A stretch of 64,000 nt of DNA from Polyangia bacterium (GTDB lineage: Bacteria > Myxococcota_A > Polyangia > JAAYKL01), in the NCBI GenBank assembly GCA_050287845.1, contig JBNKCR010000017.1:103233-167232 (forward strand), given 5' to 3'. Below, one piece after another: positions 50,127-61,252 of the stretch. Below the pieces are notes generated by a model that was given only the letters and a program-made list of their open reading frames with translations, searched no databases and was not told where the DNA came from. The position numbers and the translations under genes were made by a program. The first letter of the stretch is position 1; each line of letters begins with the position of its first letter.

Positions 50127-50229
50127 TAAAAGACTGCTCACATCATCAGACGATTGGCATTGCTCTGATTGTCTTTTTCGCTTCCGGGTTGTCTGCCCTG
50201 AGAGCGTATCCGGCGCAGGGGCGAGCAAA

Positions 50230-51051
50230 ATGAATCTGTATCTGCGATCAATCAATCTGTTGGGGCGAAATGGGAGCGCAGCCTGCCTGGTTCTGGCGAC
50301 AGTTCTGTATTGTTCGCCTTCCAGAAGCAGTGAAGCCGATTTTAAAACGGACGCCGGCCCACCGAAGCCTGCTGAAAAGGCAATGGCAATGACACCCGGG
50401 CGTATCGACGAAATCACTCCGGAACGGAAAATCGATTATCTGAATTACGCGTTCGAGGATATGCATGGCGGTGCGCTGGCGTGGACAGTGTCATGGGCGG
50501 TGATTTCCCAGGGGCTGTTCGCCTACCAGCTCATCGAAGCGATTCGCGGAACGGAAAAATGGATGTGCTCACCAACGTCGAACACCGTTGGCGCCATCCA
50601 GGCGCAGCTGTCGTTTGTTCTGGCACTTGTCTTTCCCTTCAAACCCATGACCGCGCGACGTCAATTCCGGTACATCCGGGCTTCTGGCGCTGGAGACAAA
50701 CAGTCTACGGTTTTTCAGGGCGAAAGGTTGCTGCGGGCGGCGGCGGCAGATGTTCGCTTCATGAATTCGTGGGTCTGGTATCTGATCAACGCGGGCGTAA
50801 ATGTTCTCGGAGGGGTCATCATCGTGAGCATTGAGGGCAGGAGGGGATTGCATCCCGCGCTGTTCAATATGGGGGCAGGGATGGCGCTTTCGTTTCTCAA
50901 TGCCTGGACGACGCCCACCGGGGCGGAAAGACATTATCGCGAATACACCCACCGTTTCGGCGCCATGGATACGCCGAAACGAGCTGGCAGATCATTGGAT
51001 TTAAACTTTTTTGCGACTGTGAATGGCTGCGCGCTGGTCGCGACATTTTAA
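50230..51051 (+). CDS. Hypothetical exported/membrane protein
   Basis: Signal-like N-terminus and several hydrophobic helices; lies between tetR and the RND adaptor gene. Confidence 0.6.
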   Translation: MNLYLRSINLLGRNGSAACLVLATVLYCSPSRSSEADFKTDAGPPKPAEKAMAMTPGRIDEITPERKIDYLNYAFEDMHGGALAWTVSWAVISQGLFAYQLIEAIRGTEKWMCSPTSNTVGAIQAQLSFVLALVFPFKPMTARRQFRYIRASGAGDKQSTVFQGERLLRAAAADVRFMNSWVWYLINAGVNVLGGVIIVSIEGRRGLHPALFNMGAGMALSFLNAWTTPTGAERHYREYTHRFGAMDTPKRAGRSLDLNFFATVNGCALVATF

Positions 51052-51151
51052 GGACCGGAGATGGACTGTCGCATTTGGAACTGGCGATGGAGAAAAAGAA
51101 TTCCGACAGAAGCCGACCAGTGCAGAGTCTCCGCGAAGAAAGAAGGCTGTA

Positions 51152-52204
51152 ATGAATTTTAAAAGGAAAACAGGTTATTTTTTTTGGGCGGTAATCATAC
51201 TGAATCTGATTGCCATGACACTATTCTGTTCCTGCAGCGCGGAATCCCGTGCCGAGGTCATGGCATCGCGGATGCGGGTGGAAGTGGCCACGGTGAAAAA
51301 AAGCAGGAAATCGCTGAATCGACGATATGCCGGGTATACGCATCCTGCAGAGGCAACCGGGGTGGGGTTCATGGTGGCGGGACGGGTGAAATCCATTCGG
51401 GTCAAAGAAGGAGACGTTGTTGCGGAAGGTCAATTGCTTGCCACGCTCAATGGGAAAGACTATGCGCTGATGAAACAACTGAGCGATATTCAGGTGGGAA
51501 CACTGGCGCCCAACGTGACGCGACTGCAGAATCTGGTGAATAAAAAAGTGCTGCCCAGGAGCAGACTGGACGAGCTGCAGGGCGAATACGATGCCGCGAT
51601 TATCCAGGAAGAGCAGGCCAGACAACAGCTGACTTACACACGCCTGAAAGCACCGGTCAGTGGTGTCGTCCACGAGATAATGGGTGCCGAAGGACAGGTG
51701 ATAGGTCAGGGAATGCCCGTGGTGGCGCTGCTGGATTTATCATCCATTGATGTGAAAATCGGTATACCGCAGCAGGATTTGAGACTCTTCAGGAAAGGAG
51801 AAAGCCACACCATTACCGTGGCCGGCATGGATATGCCTTTTGAAGCAGTCGTAACGCATATCGATTATGTGTCGGACGTGCAGACCCGAACATTTGATGT
51901 GACCTTATCCATAAACAATGAAGCGGGTAAATTGCGGCCCGGTATGATGGCCTGGCTGCAGATTCCCACCCGAACCACGGAGGGATATTTTGTTCCCCTG
52001 CATGCCATTGGGCAGAACATGGATGGTGCGCCGGAGGTCAAGCTGGTGAATCCCAGGACGCGAAGGGTGCGTGTTCAGGAGGTGACGCTGGGCGAGGTTT
52101 TCGGTGAAGAAGTCGCGGTGACCCGGGGACTTGAACAGGGACTTTCCTACATTGTGCGGGGAATGGAATTTGTCAAAGACGGAGAGGAGGTTCGTTTAAA
52201 ATGA
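51152..52204 (+). CDS. RND efflux periplasmic adaptor (MFP) subunit
   Basis: F.VAGRV..I.VKEGD.V..GQLLA, LKAPVSG, TRTF, LRPGM; ATGA overlap with the permease gene. Confidence 0.92.
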   Translation: MNFKRKTGYFFWAVIILNLIAMTLFCSCSAESRAEVMASRMRVEVATVKKSRKSLNRRYAGYTHPAEATGVGFMVAGRVKSIRVKEGDVVAEGQLLATLNGKDYALMKQLSDIQVGTLAPNVTRLQNLVNKKVLPRSRLDELQGEYDAAIIQEEQARQQLTYTRLKAPVSGVVHEIMGAEGQVIGQGMPVVALLDLSSIDVKIGIPQQDLRLFRKGESHTITVAGMDMPFEAVVTHIDYVSDVQTRTFDVTLSINNEAGKLRPGMMAWLQIPTRTTEGYFVPLHAIGQNMDGAPEVKLVNPRTRRVRVQEVTLGEVFGEEVAVTRGLEQGLSYIVRGMEFVKDGEEVRLK

Positions 52205-55200
52205 ATCTGCCACTATTTTCATTGAAGAACAAGACTCTCATCCTGTTGTCCCTGGGAATTCTCACCGTATGGGGCGTATGGAATTATCTGCATATCAGTA
52301 AGCGGGAAGATCCCGAAATCAAAGTATTGCTGGCGATGGTGGTCACCATTTGGCCCGGTGCGGGTGCACAGCAGGTGGAGGAACTGGTGACCCGGGAACT
52401 CGAAGAACACATCGAACAGATGAATTCTGTGGTGAAATTGAGGTCGACCAGTCGGGAAGCGATTTCGGTGATTGAAGTCACAGTGGATTACAATGCCGAT
52501 GCAGATATGGCATGGCAGAAACTTCGCAATAAAGTGAACGGAGCGGTTGCGCAGTTACCGGAAGGAATCATTGGTCCTGATGTGGTGGATGATTTCGGGG
52601 ATGTGACTGCCATGATTTACAGTCTTTCATCTTCAAAAGCGACGCCCAGAGAGCTGGAGAGTTATGCCAAAGAACTGAAGGCGCGGATTTCTCACCTCGA
52701 TGATGTGGGTAAAATTGATTTACTGGGGGTTCAGGAGGAAGCGATTTATATTGAAGGGCCCCTTGAAAGCTTCACGATGTATGAGTTTTCCGCTCTGCAA
52801 CTGGCACAGATTCTGGACGCGCAGAATTTGAATACGCCTGCCGGATATCTGCGCAGCGAGGACCGCAATTACCGTCTGGCGCCTTCGGGTGCGTTTGAAA
52901 TTGTGAATCAGATAGAAGAGGCGGTAATCGATGTTTCCAGAGAAAGCGGTGCGCCTCTTAAAGTGAAGGATGTATTCAGCGTGCGTCAGGGGTACAGAGA
53001 ACCGTCCCTTGAGATGATGAAGACAGATGGGAATCCTTCGGTGGGTCTGGACATCCGTATGAAAAAGGGACGAAACGTGGTTGCCATGGGGGAACGGGTC
53101 CGGGAGGTCGCAAAGAAATACGTCGATTCGTTGCCGTCTCATGTCAAACTGACCCTGGTGCACGACCAGCCTCGCGAAGTGGAGACTTTTATTGGCGATT
53201 TCATGGAAAATCTGATTGAAGGACTGGTGCTGGTGGTGTTGGTTCTTCTGGTATTCATGGGGGTTCGCGCGGCGGGAATCATTGCCGTGGGACTTCCGCT
53301 CTGCATTCTGTTCACGTTCGCTGCGATGCCGCTTCTCGATGTGGATTTGGAAACGGTTTCCATTGCTTCTTTCATTATCGCGCTGGGAATGCTCGTGGAC
53401 AACGCCATCATTGTGCTTGACAATATTTATGTGCACATTCAGCGCGGTGAAGGAAAATTCGAGGCGGCGTGGAAAGGGGTGCAGGAGCTGAAAGTGTCGC
53501 TCTTCATCGGTACGCTCGGCACCGTATTCGCGTTTCTTCCGCTGCTGATTCTGGGCGGCGAGGTGGGTGCGTATACCCGCAGTCTTCCCATTGTGGTCAG
53601 TGTTTCTCTGATGGCTTCTCTGTTGCTGGCGGTGACGCTGACACCGATTCTGTGCGTGTGGTGGGCGCGGGCGCCGAAGAAATTTCGAAAAAAGAAAGAC
53701 GGCGATTCTGTATGGAAGAAAAAATATGAGCGGTTTTTATCCATGGGGATGCGGTGGCGTTTCGTTGTCATTGCCCTGGCGCTGGCTTCTCTTCTCGGTG
53801 CGGTGGCGCTGCTTCCCGAAGTGGGGATGTCATTTTTTCCAGAGGCGCATCGAGACCAGTTCGTGATTGATGTCTGGCTGCCGGAGGGGGCGTCTCTGCA
53901 ACGCACAGAGAAAGTAGCCGGGGAAGTGACAGATGAATTGAACGCGGACAAACGGGTGCTGCATCACGCATCATACCTTGGAAAGGGAGGTCCCAGATTT
54001 TTCATCAGCGTCGATCCCGAGTTCAATACGCCCAACTACGCGCAATTTCTGGTCACCACGAAAAGCCCGGATGCCACGGATGAGCTGGTTCCGGAGTTGT
54101 CCGGCAGGCTTCGGGAGAAAATCGTCGGCGCAAGGATAAATGTGAAGAAGCTGGTGATGGGGATTCCTGTGGAAGCGCCGGTGGCCCTTCGCATCACGGG
54201 ACCGGATTTGCGAATCAGCAGACAGATTTCGGCGCAGGTTCAGGAGATAGTCCAAAAGATTCCCGGCGCCAGATCCATCCGCGACAATCTGGGAGAACCG
54301 GTGGCCAGCTATCGAATTAATCTCGATGCCCAGGCTGCCGCCATGTACGGGCTGACCTCCACCGAAATCGCATTGTCGCTTCTCACGGCATATGACGGAC
54401 TTCCGATGACAGACCTGCGAAAAGATGGAAAGGAGATTCCAGTGTATCTGCGAATGACAGAGGCGGACCGGACGTTTGAAAATACCCTGCATCTGTTGCG
54501 GATTCCATCTTCGGCCACCTCAGGCAAGGTCCCCCTCTCTGCCGTTTCCGATATTCAGGTGCAGTGGTCGCCCGGGGTTGTCAAACGTTTCAACAGTCAG
54601 CGTTCTGTCACGGTGCTGGCAGATCTGAAAGAAGGAGTGCTGGCGGATGATGTGATGCAGCAGCTGTATCCGAAGCTGGAAACGTTGACACTGCCTCCGG
54701 GGTACGAAATCACTTCAGCGGGTGAAGACGCGGAGCGTTCCGACGCATTCGGAGATCTGCTGGTCGCCTTTGCGTTGATCATCGTGGCGCTGCTGTTTCT
54801 GCTGGTGGTGCAGTTCAAGTCACTGAAAAAGGCTCTTGTGATACTGTTCAGCGTACCCCTTGCAGTCATCGGCGCAATTCTCGGATTGTATTTTTCGAAA
54901 AACACCTTCAGTTTCATGGCATTCCTGGGGCTGATTTCGCTGGCAGGCATGGTGATTAAAAATTCTGTGGTGTGGATGGAATTCGTCGACAGTGCGCTGG
55001 CGGCGGGGACACCGTTAAAACAGGCGATTATTCAAGCGGGATACGCCCGGTTTCGTCCCATCATGCTGACCGCGGGAACCACCATTGGCGGACTGTTTCC
55101 GCTGGCGTTGTTTGGTGGCTCACTCTGGGAAGGCATGGCCTGGGCAATGATTGCCGGTCTCGGATTTGCCACAGTACTGACTCTGATTGTTATCCCCATC

Positions 55201-56664
55201 ATCTATTATGCATTCATGAAAGGCGGGAAGGCGCCAGGGGTCACTGCCGGCGTTGTCGCAGTGATTCTTCTGACTGGCGTGCTGTCCGTGCCTGGAACCG
55301 CGCTGGCAAACGAGCATCCCCTGGCAAACGAACATCCGCTGACAGCGTATCTCCAGGAAGCAAAAAAACACTCTCTGACGGTGAAACAGTCGGCGCAGGA
55401 CGTGGCGCTTTCCGATGAAAAAGTGGCGGAAGCCAGAAGCACGTTTGTTCCCACTGTGGAATTGCAGGCGTCCGCCACGGTACTGGACCGTGAGCAGAAA
55501 TTAGAGATCGACCTCTCCGACGCTGAATTGCCTTTTCCTGTGGAATTGCCAGCCATGACCCTCGCGGATAAATATATATACCAGTTGTCCGGCAAGGTCA
55601 CCGTACCCATTTATACCGGTGGCAAGCGAATCGCCGGATACCGCGCGGCAAAGGCGGCGGAAAAAATGCAAAGAGACATTCACCGGGCCACCCAGGATGA
55701 AGTGATGCTGGGAACTGTCATATATTACATTTCCATGTTGGAAAGCCACTATCGCGTTAAGATTTATCAGGAGGCGCAGACCGTTGACAGCGCGCTGGTG
55801 GCCGCGCAGGAGGCCATGCTGGTCGAGGAGATGGGAACGCCGCTCGATATATCTATGGCCGGCACCCAGGCCGCGGACAGCGAACGCAGACTGGTTCTTG
55901 CGAAAAGAGAATTGACACAAAAAAAACTGCAGTTCAATGAATTGATTGGGCGCGCCCTTGATGCACCGGTAATTCTGCAGGATATCGGCTTGTCTTCATC
56001 GGCGCCTGTCTCTTTCCATCGCCCGGCGCAGTCGTCAGTGGTGGAAAAACTGCCTCAGATTCGCGCCATGAAAAAAGGGATTGTTGCCATGGAACATCAG
56101 GTGGACATGGCCAGAGGGGATTTGCTTCCCCAGCTGGCAATCATTGGAGAAGGCGGATACCGGCATGGCGATATGGGATATGTGGATGGCGATGACTATT
56201 GGATGGCAACGGCAGCCATCACATGGCAACCGCTCACCGATGTGGGTGCATGGACGCGGCTGCGTCAGAAAAAAATGGAGAAGCGCCGCATGGAAATTGA
56301 ATTGCAGGATGAACGACGGAAAAAGGTTCTTGCGATTCGCATGGCGGAAGTGCAGTTGCGGGATACGTTGAAAATCCTGGATGTCGCTACCCGGGCACTG
56401 AAAACAGCAGCGGATGCCCGCCAGAATGCCAGGATAGCGTATGAAGAGGGGGTGTTACCCATCTATCAATTGTCCGAGACTTCCCGAAAGTATTACGAAG
56501 CCCGCGAGAACTATCTGAAGGCATATTTCGGCACTGCTTCAGCGGAGGTTCTGCTTCGCTTCCGATCCGGAAAACCGGTAATGAACAGGGAAAACCTGCG
56601 TGGTCAGTCTCCGTTTGCGCATGTGGACGATATGATGGCCATGGAGGCAAATCCCGGCAACTGA
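52201..56664 (+). CDS. RND efflux permease (AcrB-like) fused to C-terminal TolC-like outer-membrane factor
   Basis: First ~1005 aa are RND (REDP, WPGA, LGMLVDNAI, KNS, RFRPIMLT). Then a hydrophobic ALA-ending segment and about 450 aa of OEP-like sequence (VPIYTGG, LLPQL, helical repeats). Confidence 0.88.
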   Translation: MNLPLFSLKNKTLILLSLGILTVWGVWNYLHISKREDPEIKVLLAMVVTIWPGAGAQQVEELVTRELEEHIEQMNSVVKLRSTSREAISVIEVTVDYNADADMAWQKLRNKVNGAVAQLPEGIIGPDVVDDFGDVTAMIYSLSSSKATPRELESYAKELKARISHLDDVGKIDLLGVQEEAIYIEGPLESFTMYEFSALQLAQILDAQNLNTPAGYLRSEDRNYRLAPSGAFEIVNQIEEAVIDVSRESGAPLKVKDVFSVRQGYREPSLEMMKTDGNPSVGLDIRMKKGRNVVAMGERVREVAKKYVDSLPSHVKLTLVHDQPREVETFIGDFMENLIEGLVLVVLVLLVFMGVRAAGIIAVGLPLCILFTFAAMPLLDVDLETVSIASFIIALGMLVDNAIIVLDNIYVHIQRGEGKFEAAWKGVQELKVSLFIGTLGTVFAFLPLLILGGEVGAYTRSLPIVVSVSLMASLLLAVTLTPILCVWWARAPKKFRKKKDGDSVWKKKYERFLSMGMRWRFVVIALALASLLGAVALLPEVGMSFFPEAHRDQFVIDVWLPEGASLQRTEKVAGEVTDELNADKRVLHHASYLGKGGPRFFISVDPEFNTPNYAQFLVTTKSPDATDELVPELSGRLREKIVGARINVKKLVMGIPVEAPVALRITGPDLRISRQISAQVQEIVQKIPGARSIRDNLGEPVASYRINLDAQAAAMYGLTSTEIALSLLTAYDGLPMTDLRKDGKEIPVYLRMTEADRTFENTLHLLRIPSSATSGKVPLSAVSDIQVQWSPGVVKRFNSQRSVTVLADLKEGVLADDVMQQLYPKLETLTLPPGYEITSAGEDAERSDAFGDLLVAFALIIVALLFLLVVQFKSLKKALVILFSVPLAVIGAILGLYFSKNTFSFMAFLGLISLAGMVIKNSVVWMEFVDSALAAGTPLKQAIIQAGYARFRPIMLTAGTTIGGLFPLALFGGSLWEGMAWAMIAGLGFATVLTLIVIPIIYYAFMKGGKAPGVTAGVVAVILLTGVLSVPGTALANEHPLANEHPLTAYLQEAKKHSLTVKQSAQDVALSDEKVAEARSTFVPTVELQASATVLDREQKLEIDLSDAELPFPVELPAMTLADKYIYQLSGKVTVPIYTGGKRIAGYRAAKAAEKMQRDIHRATQDEVMLGTVIYYISMLESHYRVKIYQEAQTVDSALVAAQEAMLVEEMGTPLDISMAGTQAADSERRLVLAKRELTQKKLQFNELIGRALDAPVILQDIGLSSSAPVSFHRPAQSSVVEKLPQIRAMKKGIVAMEHQVDMARGDLLPQLAIIGEGGYRHGDMGYVDGDDYWMATAAITWQPLTDVGAWTRLRQKKMEKRRMEIELQDERRKKVLAIRMAEVQLRDTLKILDVATRALKTAADARQNARIAYEEGVLPIYQLSETSRKYYEARENYLKAYFGTASAEVLLRFRSGKPVMNRENLRGQSPFAHVDDMMAMEANPGN

Positions 56665-57179
56665 TTTTATTCCTGTATGGCGGGAGCGTCTTCCTGCGGA
56701 GAATCCACAGCGATATCGGAGGTGGTTGGTGCGGGCATGAGCGTTTCGGCAACTTCGTCCTTGTCGTCCACGGATGACGGGGCACCATCCAAAGGTTCAG
56801 AGATGTCGGATGTCGCTTCTGTGGCGGTCACCGCACGATTGGCTTCCCATTTGTCTCTGGCGGCATTCACGGCGTGGTCGCAGTCGCATTCCTCTTTTTC
56901 TTCCGGAAGCGGATGCCAATCAAATCGAATCCAACGGAGATGAGGAGATTGTTCTGTATCTGAAACTCTTTGATGACCAACGGTTGCCGCATCGCCATAA
57001 AGCCGTAATTGACGCTAATGTTGCAAACAGCCAATAACTGAAACCGCTGACGCACGTACAACGACACAGAATCTAATTCTGTGCTCAATTTTTCTGGATA
57101 CATCGAACGGTGAGTTTGCCTTCATCCATAAGAATCTCCGCTTAGCCACAGCTGGCACACCCTTGCGCGTTTCAATTCA

Positions 57180-57468
57180 TCATTTTTTGCAACGGTAGCG
57201 TTGATGCTCAGATGGTCCAAAAAAAATTCTGCCAATAATCAAACAACCAACATTAAAAATATATTTTCGAATATTCACGGATGATAAAAATTGCAGATAA
57301 GCGAAGCAGAAAAAGAAAGAAGTAAAAAAGATGCTGTAAAAAGGATGGATGGGTGGTTCATCAATGGTTCTGCCTGTTCCAATCAAAACAAGATAGAGAA
57401 TGCAGGCCACAGTATCCCAAATTCCGCTTGCAGCAAATGTTACGGCTAACGGTCTCAAATTTTTTCAT
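57180..57468 (-). pseudogene. Frameshifted/truncated small membrane protein gene
   Basis: ATG at 57468 is one base out of frame with the hydrophobic ORF (LRPLAVTFAASGIWD...), at an A6 run. Confidence 0.45.
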
Positions 57469-57644
57469 TTGTCACTTCCCTGCTGTCTGAACAGCTTTAC
57501 AAAGCGGACAACCATGAGTACAAACCACATGAGATATAGCGAACCGCCGACCATTTTAAAAAGTTCTTTAACAGACGGATAAAAAAATGCTGCCGATTTC
57601 GCTTGTCAGATCAAACCCGTGAGCCAATGTGCAATGATTCCCGT

Positions 57645-57830
57645 CCATGGCGAATTTGAAATTGCAGGCAGACGGTATTTTCGAAAGGGGTCTTTGAAAC
57701 GAACACATCAAATTCATGCATTTCAAATAAATGATTCAAATATATCAAGGCATCTCGCATTTCGAGATTATCTCAAATCGAATTTGCATGTCAAACGAGA
57801 TTGTCAGACGTGAAGAGAACATCTGAGAAT
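57645..57830 (+). pseudogene. GrpB-family (UPF0157) fragment
   Basis: HGEFEIAGRRYFRKG..RTHQIHAF....RHLAFRDYL; N-terminal half absent. Confidence 0.7.
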
Positions 57831-57834
57831 ATTT

Positions 57835-58524
57835 TTACAGGCGGGGCAGATCAGTCCCTTCTCTTGGAAAATACAAATGAATACTTCCCTGCTTATCGGC
57901 CCTGAAAAAACCACCTGAATTCCAGGTTGCCAACGAAGTGAATTGTTCAAGATTTTCATTCATTGCAAGATCAAGGTTTTGTCTTTTACCAAAATCCAAT
58001 GATACTTTACAGATATTGGTACTGCATGTTACTTCGTCAGATGCCAGCTCCGGCAGAATCAAATTCGAAATTTTTGTGGAGATACCTTCTTCGGATTCGC
58101 TACTCCATTCCGGGTCTCTCCCCTCCCTGGCCATTTGGGAGTCAATCAGCAATCCCTGGTTTTCTGCTTCAACATAGGACGATTCCATCGGGTCAATAGA
58201 GTCATCAATGGCTTGATCGTTTTTATCGTCGACACTCGAGTCATCAATGTAATCCACTTCATTATTTATGTCTCGTTGTTTTTGCTGCATTGAGAGCTGG
58301 GTGAAGGACATTTGATCCATCTTCCTTTGCAGCATCGCCATCTTTGTTTCTATACTGCCTGAATCAGCCGATTTTTCGTCAGACAAATCGTCTGCGGTAT
58401 CAGATGAAGAATCGGTTTTTCTGGTAAGGTCATTCAGTCGACTTTTGCCAATGTAGAGAACTATTCCAATTCCGCATATGGTGAGTATTGCAAATGCAAT
58501 AAAGAAAAATTTTGTTCGTTTCAT
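57835..58524 (-). CDS. Hypothetical membrane-anchored protein
   Basis: N-terminal TM, coiled-coil/acidic stalk, C-terminal E.RDPEWS...VTCSTNICKV domain; AAGGGAG RBS. Confidence 0.7.
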   Translation of the reverse strand: MKRTKFFFIAFAILTICGIGIVLYIGKSRLNDLTRKTDSSSDTADDLSDEKSADSGSIETKMAMLQRKMDQMSFTQLSMQQKQRDINNEVDYIDDSSVDDKNDQAIDDSIDPMESSYVEAENQGLLIDSQMAREGRDPEWSSESEEGISTKISNLILPELASDEVTCSTNICKVSLDFGKRQNLDLAMNENLEQFTSLATWNSGGFFRADKQGSIHLYFPREGTDLPRL

Positions 58525-58626
58525 GTTTCACTCCCTTGAACAAAAACTGGAAAGATAAATGACCGTTTACTGGATAGTCATACTACCCAATAAACGGTTT
58601 ACTTTTAGCTACGTAACAAACGGTTG

Positions 58627-59094
58627 CTATTCATCCACCCTATACATTGCGACACCGGATTGATTTCCGTTCCATGTTCCGGGAACCAAGCAGGACATCT
58701 CCAGAGCGCGATAACTTGAGCAGGTAACCTCTCCAAAAGTGAGTTGCTGTGCGTTTGTGCTTGAACCAGTTGATTTCTTTTCTGGCGAAAACCAGCCACT
58801 GTCAAGGCTGTCGAGACACCACAATGTGCATTTGACGTCTTTGTTGCTGTTGGGGTTCTGGTCAATAACCCATGCAAATGCGCTGGAAACGCTATTATTG
58901 GTATCCTTTACTATCGCACAATCAAACCATGTATCGTTACTGCTGATGTTCCATGAACGAGTACGGACATAAGAAATGTAGCTTTCGGAATTTGCCTGAC
59001 AGAAGGTGCCGCCATAATACTTACCATCAGCCAATGCAGTTATACCGAGTAGCATCATACCTGCGAACACGAGTGAAAACATTACATTTTTCAT
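58627..59094 (-). CDS. Hypothetical secreted Cys-containing protein
   Basis: Signal peptide ending ALA; 6 Cys; AAGGAG RBS. Confidence 0.72.
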   Translation of the reverse strand: MKNVMFSLVFAGMMLLGITALADGKYYGGTFCQANSESYISYVRTRSWNISSNDTWFDCAIVKDTNNSVSSAFAWVIDQNPNSNKDVKCTLWCLDSLDSGWFSPEKKSTGSSTNAQQLTFGEVTCSSYRALEMSCLVPGTWNGNQSGVAMYRVDE

Positions 59095-59690
59095 TTTCTT
59101 TTCTCCTTTTCCCCTGTTGAGAACTGCGTTGCGTTATTGCAAAATTCGCAGCTGGTAAACAATGATCAATTCATTGTCATTCAAAAACACATACAATTTC
59201 CTTCTCTGTTTATTGTTCAACCTGGTCGCGTTTAATCACTTTCAAACATGTCGACGACAACGTTCAATAATGAACCCATTCCCACAAATTGTTGCTGTAC
59301 AGAATGACGGCAAGCTACCGTTAGTCTGAGTTGCAGTGTCGCCATTCTGTGTGTCTGTTTCTTTATTACTGATTTGCCAGTGGATTCTGGTTGTAAATAT
59401 TTTTGGGATGGCAAATTTTTTTCCATATTGGATGACCAACGACATTCGAGAGATGGTTGAAGGACCTCAGTGTTTCATACTGCGCTGAGATGACGAAGGG
59501 CCCTCGTTGATCCATGATCCATGTGTTACTGTTCAGCTCTGACCCGTAGAACCCCATCCATGTTCAGAGCATGCGTCCAGTAAATATTAGGGATAATGAT
59601 GTTCGCCGGAAAATCGATACGTGTGCTCAATAATTTGGCGTTAACGTTGAGTCAGAGCTGTACCAAGGTATTGCTGGGAATAACTGTGTC

Positions 59691-60752
59691 CTACTCTCCG
59701 CCATGCGCATGAATAAGAATGCCTGGATTATAGTCGTAGTAGACAAAAACGCTGTCGCCACCGCCGGGATGATTCCAGGTCGTGGCACTCAGATTTCTAA
59801 TCTGACCATACATAACCGGCTGGTAATACACGCCAATGTCTCCGTTGTTTTTTATTCTGACCATTGACATTAACCAATTATCGTGACCTTGCACCTTCCC
59901 GAGAATTTCGACGTATGAATCCGCCCCGTCATTATAAGCGATAATTTCCGGCTTCACATTTGCATCGAAACTTTCACCGTCACCAAGGGCAAACATTCCC
60001 TTCTTCACCCATGCTTGCCCTGGTATCCTGGAAAAAATCATTATATGAGTAACACTGTTATGAGATACGTAACCAGCAACCCAGACTCTTTTTTGTGGAG
60101 AGTTGTCCTGGCCAATCGCAGGACCATTGACAAAATTTGCATTCATTGATGGAAACAACTGGGTTGGATGTCCCCAACCAGAAGCAGTTCGAGTGTAATG
60201 ATGGATATTATTTATACCATAGGAAGAAATTGCAACCACTTCCAGCTCGTGTGTCACCTTGTTGCTGATCATCCCCGGTGAGTATATGTAATAATCATCG
60301 TTCATCGGACCATTATTAATCACTGCCTGCCTTACCCATTGATAACTTGAATTGCGCCAGTAATGAACAAGCTTGCCGTACTCCCGTGCAACAACCTGCA
60401 GCAAATTGTCATCAAGGTTCGAACACAACGCCGGGTCGCTGCGAATATTGCTTCCAAATAAAGTGGTAGAATTCCAGTCGCTGTAGTTTTCGTTCCACCA
60501 TAGATGTTCCAGCTGGCTTCCATTCCGACGAATGATTTCCATATTGCCCTGGTATTGCGGATCAGTACTCATTATCATGGCAGGCTTGTTGTAACTCCAG
60601 TTGTTAATTACTGCCACAGGTTCCAGATCACTGATTTTTGATAGCTTTGCACCTTCGAAAGACTCTGTGAGTGCATCCCCGTCATCAACACATCCTGAAA
60701 AAAATATAATAAATCCAAGAATCCCAATCACACGCAAGATCAATTTGTTCAT
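59691..60752 (-). CDS. Hypothetical lipoprotein with beta-propeller-like repeats
   Basis: Lipobox FSGC; repeats PA...(L/M)E(I/V)(I/V)...(L/I).H(L/Y)(W/T)..W; AAGGAG RBS. Confidence 0.7.
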   Translation of the reverse strand: MNKLILRVIGILGFIIFFSGCVDDGDALTESFEGAKLSKISDLEPVAVINNWSYNKPAMIMSTDPQYQGNMEIIRRNGSQLEHLWWNENYSDWNSTTLFGSNIRSDPALCSNLDDNLLQVVAREYGKLVHYWRNSSYQWVRQAVINNGPMNDDYYIYSPGMISNKVTHELEVVAISSYGINNIHHYTRTASGWGHPTQLFPSMNANFVNGPAIGQDNSPQKRVWVAGYVSHNSVTHIMIFSRIPGQAWVKKGMFALGDGESFDANVKPEIIAYNDGADSYVEILGKVQGHDNWLMSMVRIKNNGDIGVYYQPVMYGQIRNLSATTWNHPGGGDSVFVYYDYNPGILIHAHGGE

Positions 60753-61252
60753 CTACAGCTCCTTTGGTAACGATTAGATGGTTCAATGCTATTCAGCCTC
60801 AGGAATCTCTGAAGACAATTGCCGGTAACCATCCGTTTTAATAATACCTGCGTATAAAGACCCCGACGTTGGAAGAAGTAGATAACTTTTTTTAATTAAT
60901 ACGTGTTTCAGTCATTTAAATTTTCACAATGGACTGAGGACAACCACAACTCTGAAGACAACCCATACATTAACCCTCAACCAATAGACTTGTTTTATCG
61001 TTAAATCAGTTGACCCTGCCCATTAGAGACGCAGTGCCAATATCAACGTATTTCTTTATATTTGAAAAAATTGTCTACTTTTTCCAGGGCAATGGTCTCT
61101 GTATGCATGACACGCCAAATGTCCGGTTCAATTCCTTCAGAAGGACGCTGTGCGAAGAGAAGGAAAACCACTTTTCACCGCAAGACGATTTCTGTTCAGG
61201 AGTCATGCAATCCAACAGATGCAGACAGTAAACAAATCCATAAAAGGAGTTA

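Noticed and set aside
57153..57166. Sigma54-like TGGCACACCCTTGC
   Set aside because: GG-to-GC spacing is 9 rather than 10 nt, and no intact downstream gene on that strand.
59100..59690. Short ORFs in the 59.1-59.7 kb gap
   Set aside because: Overlapping 63-67 aa frames with no convincing RBS or motif; could be decayed sequence but not supportable.
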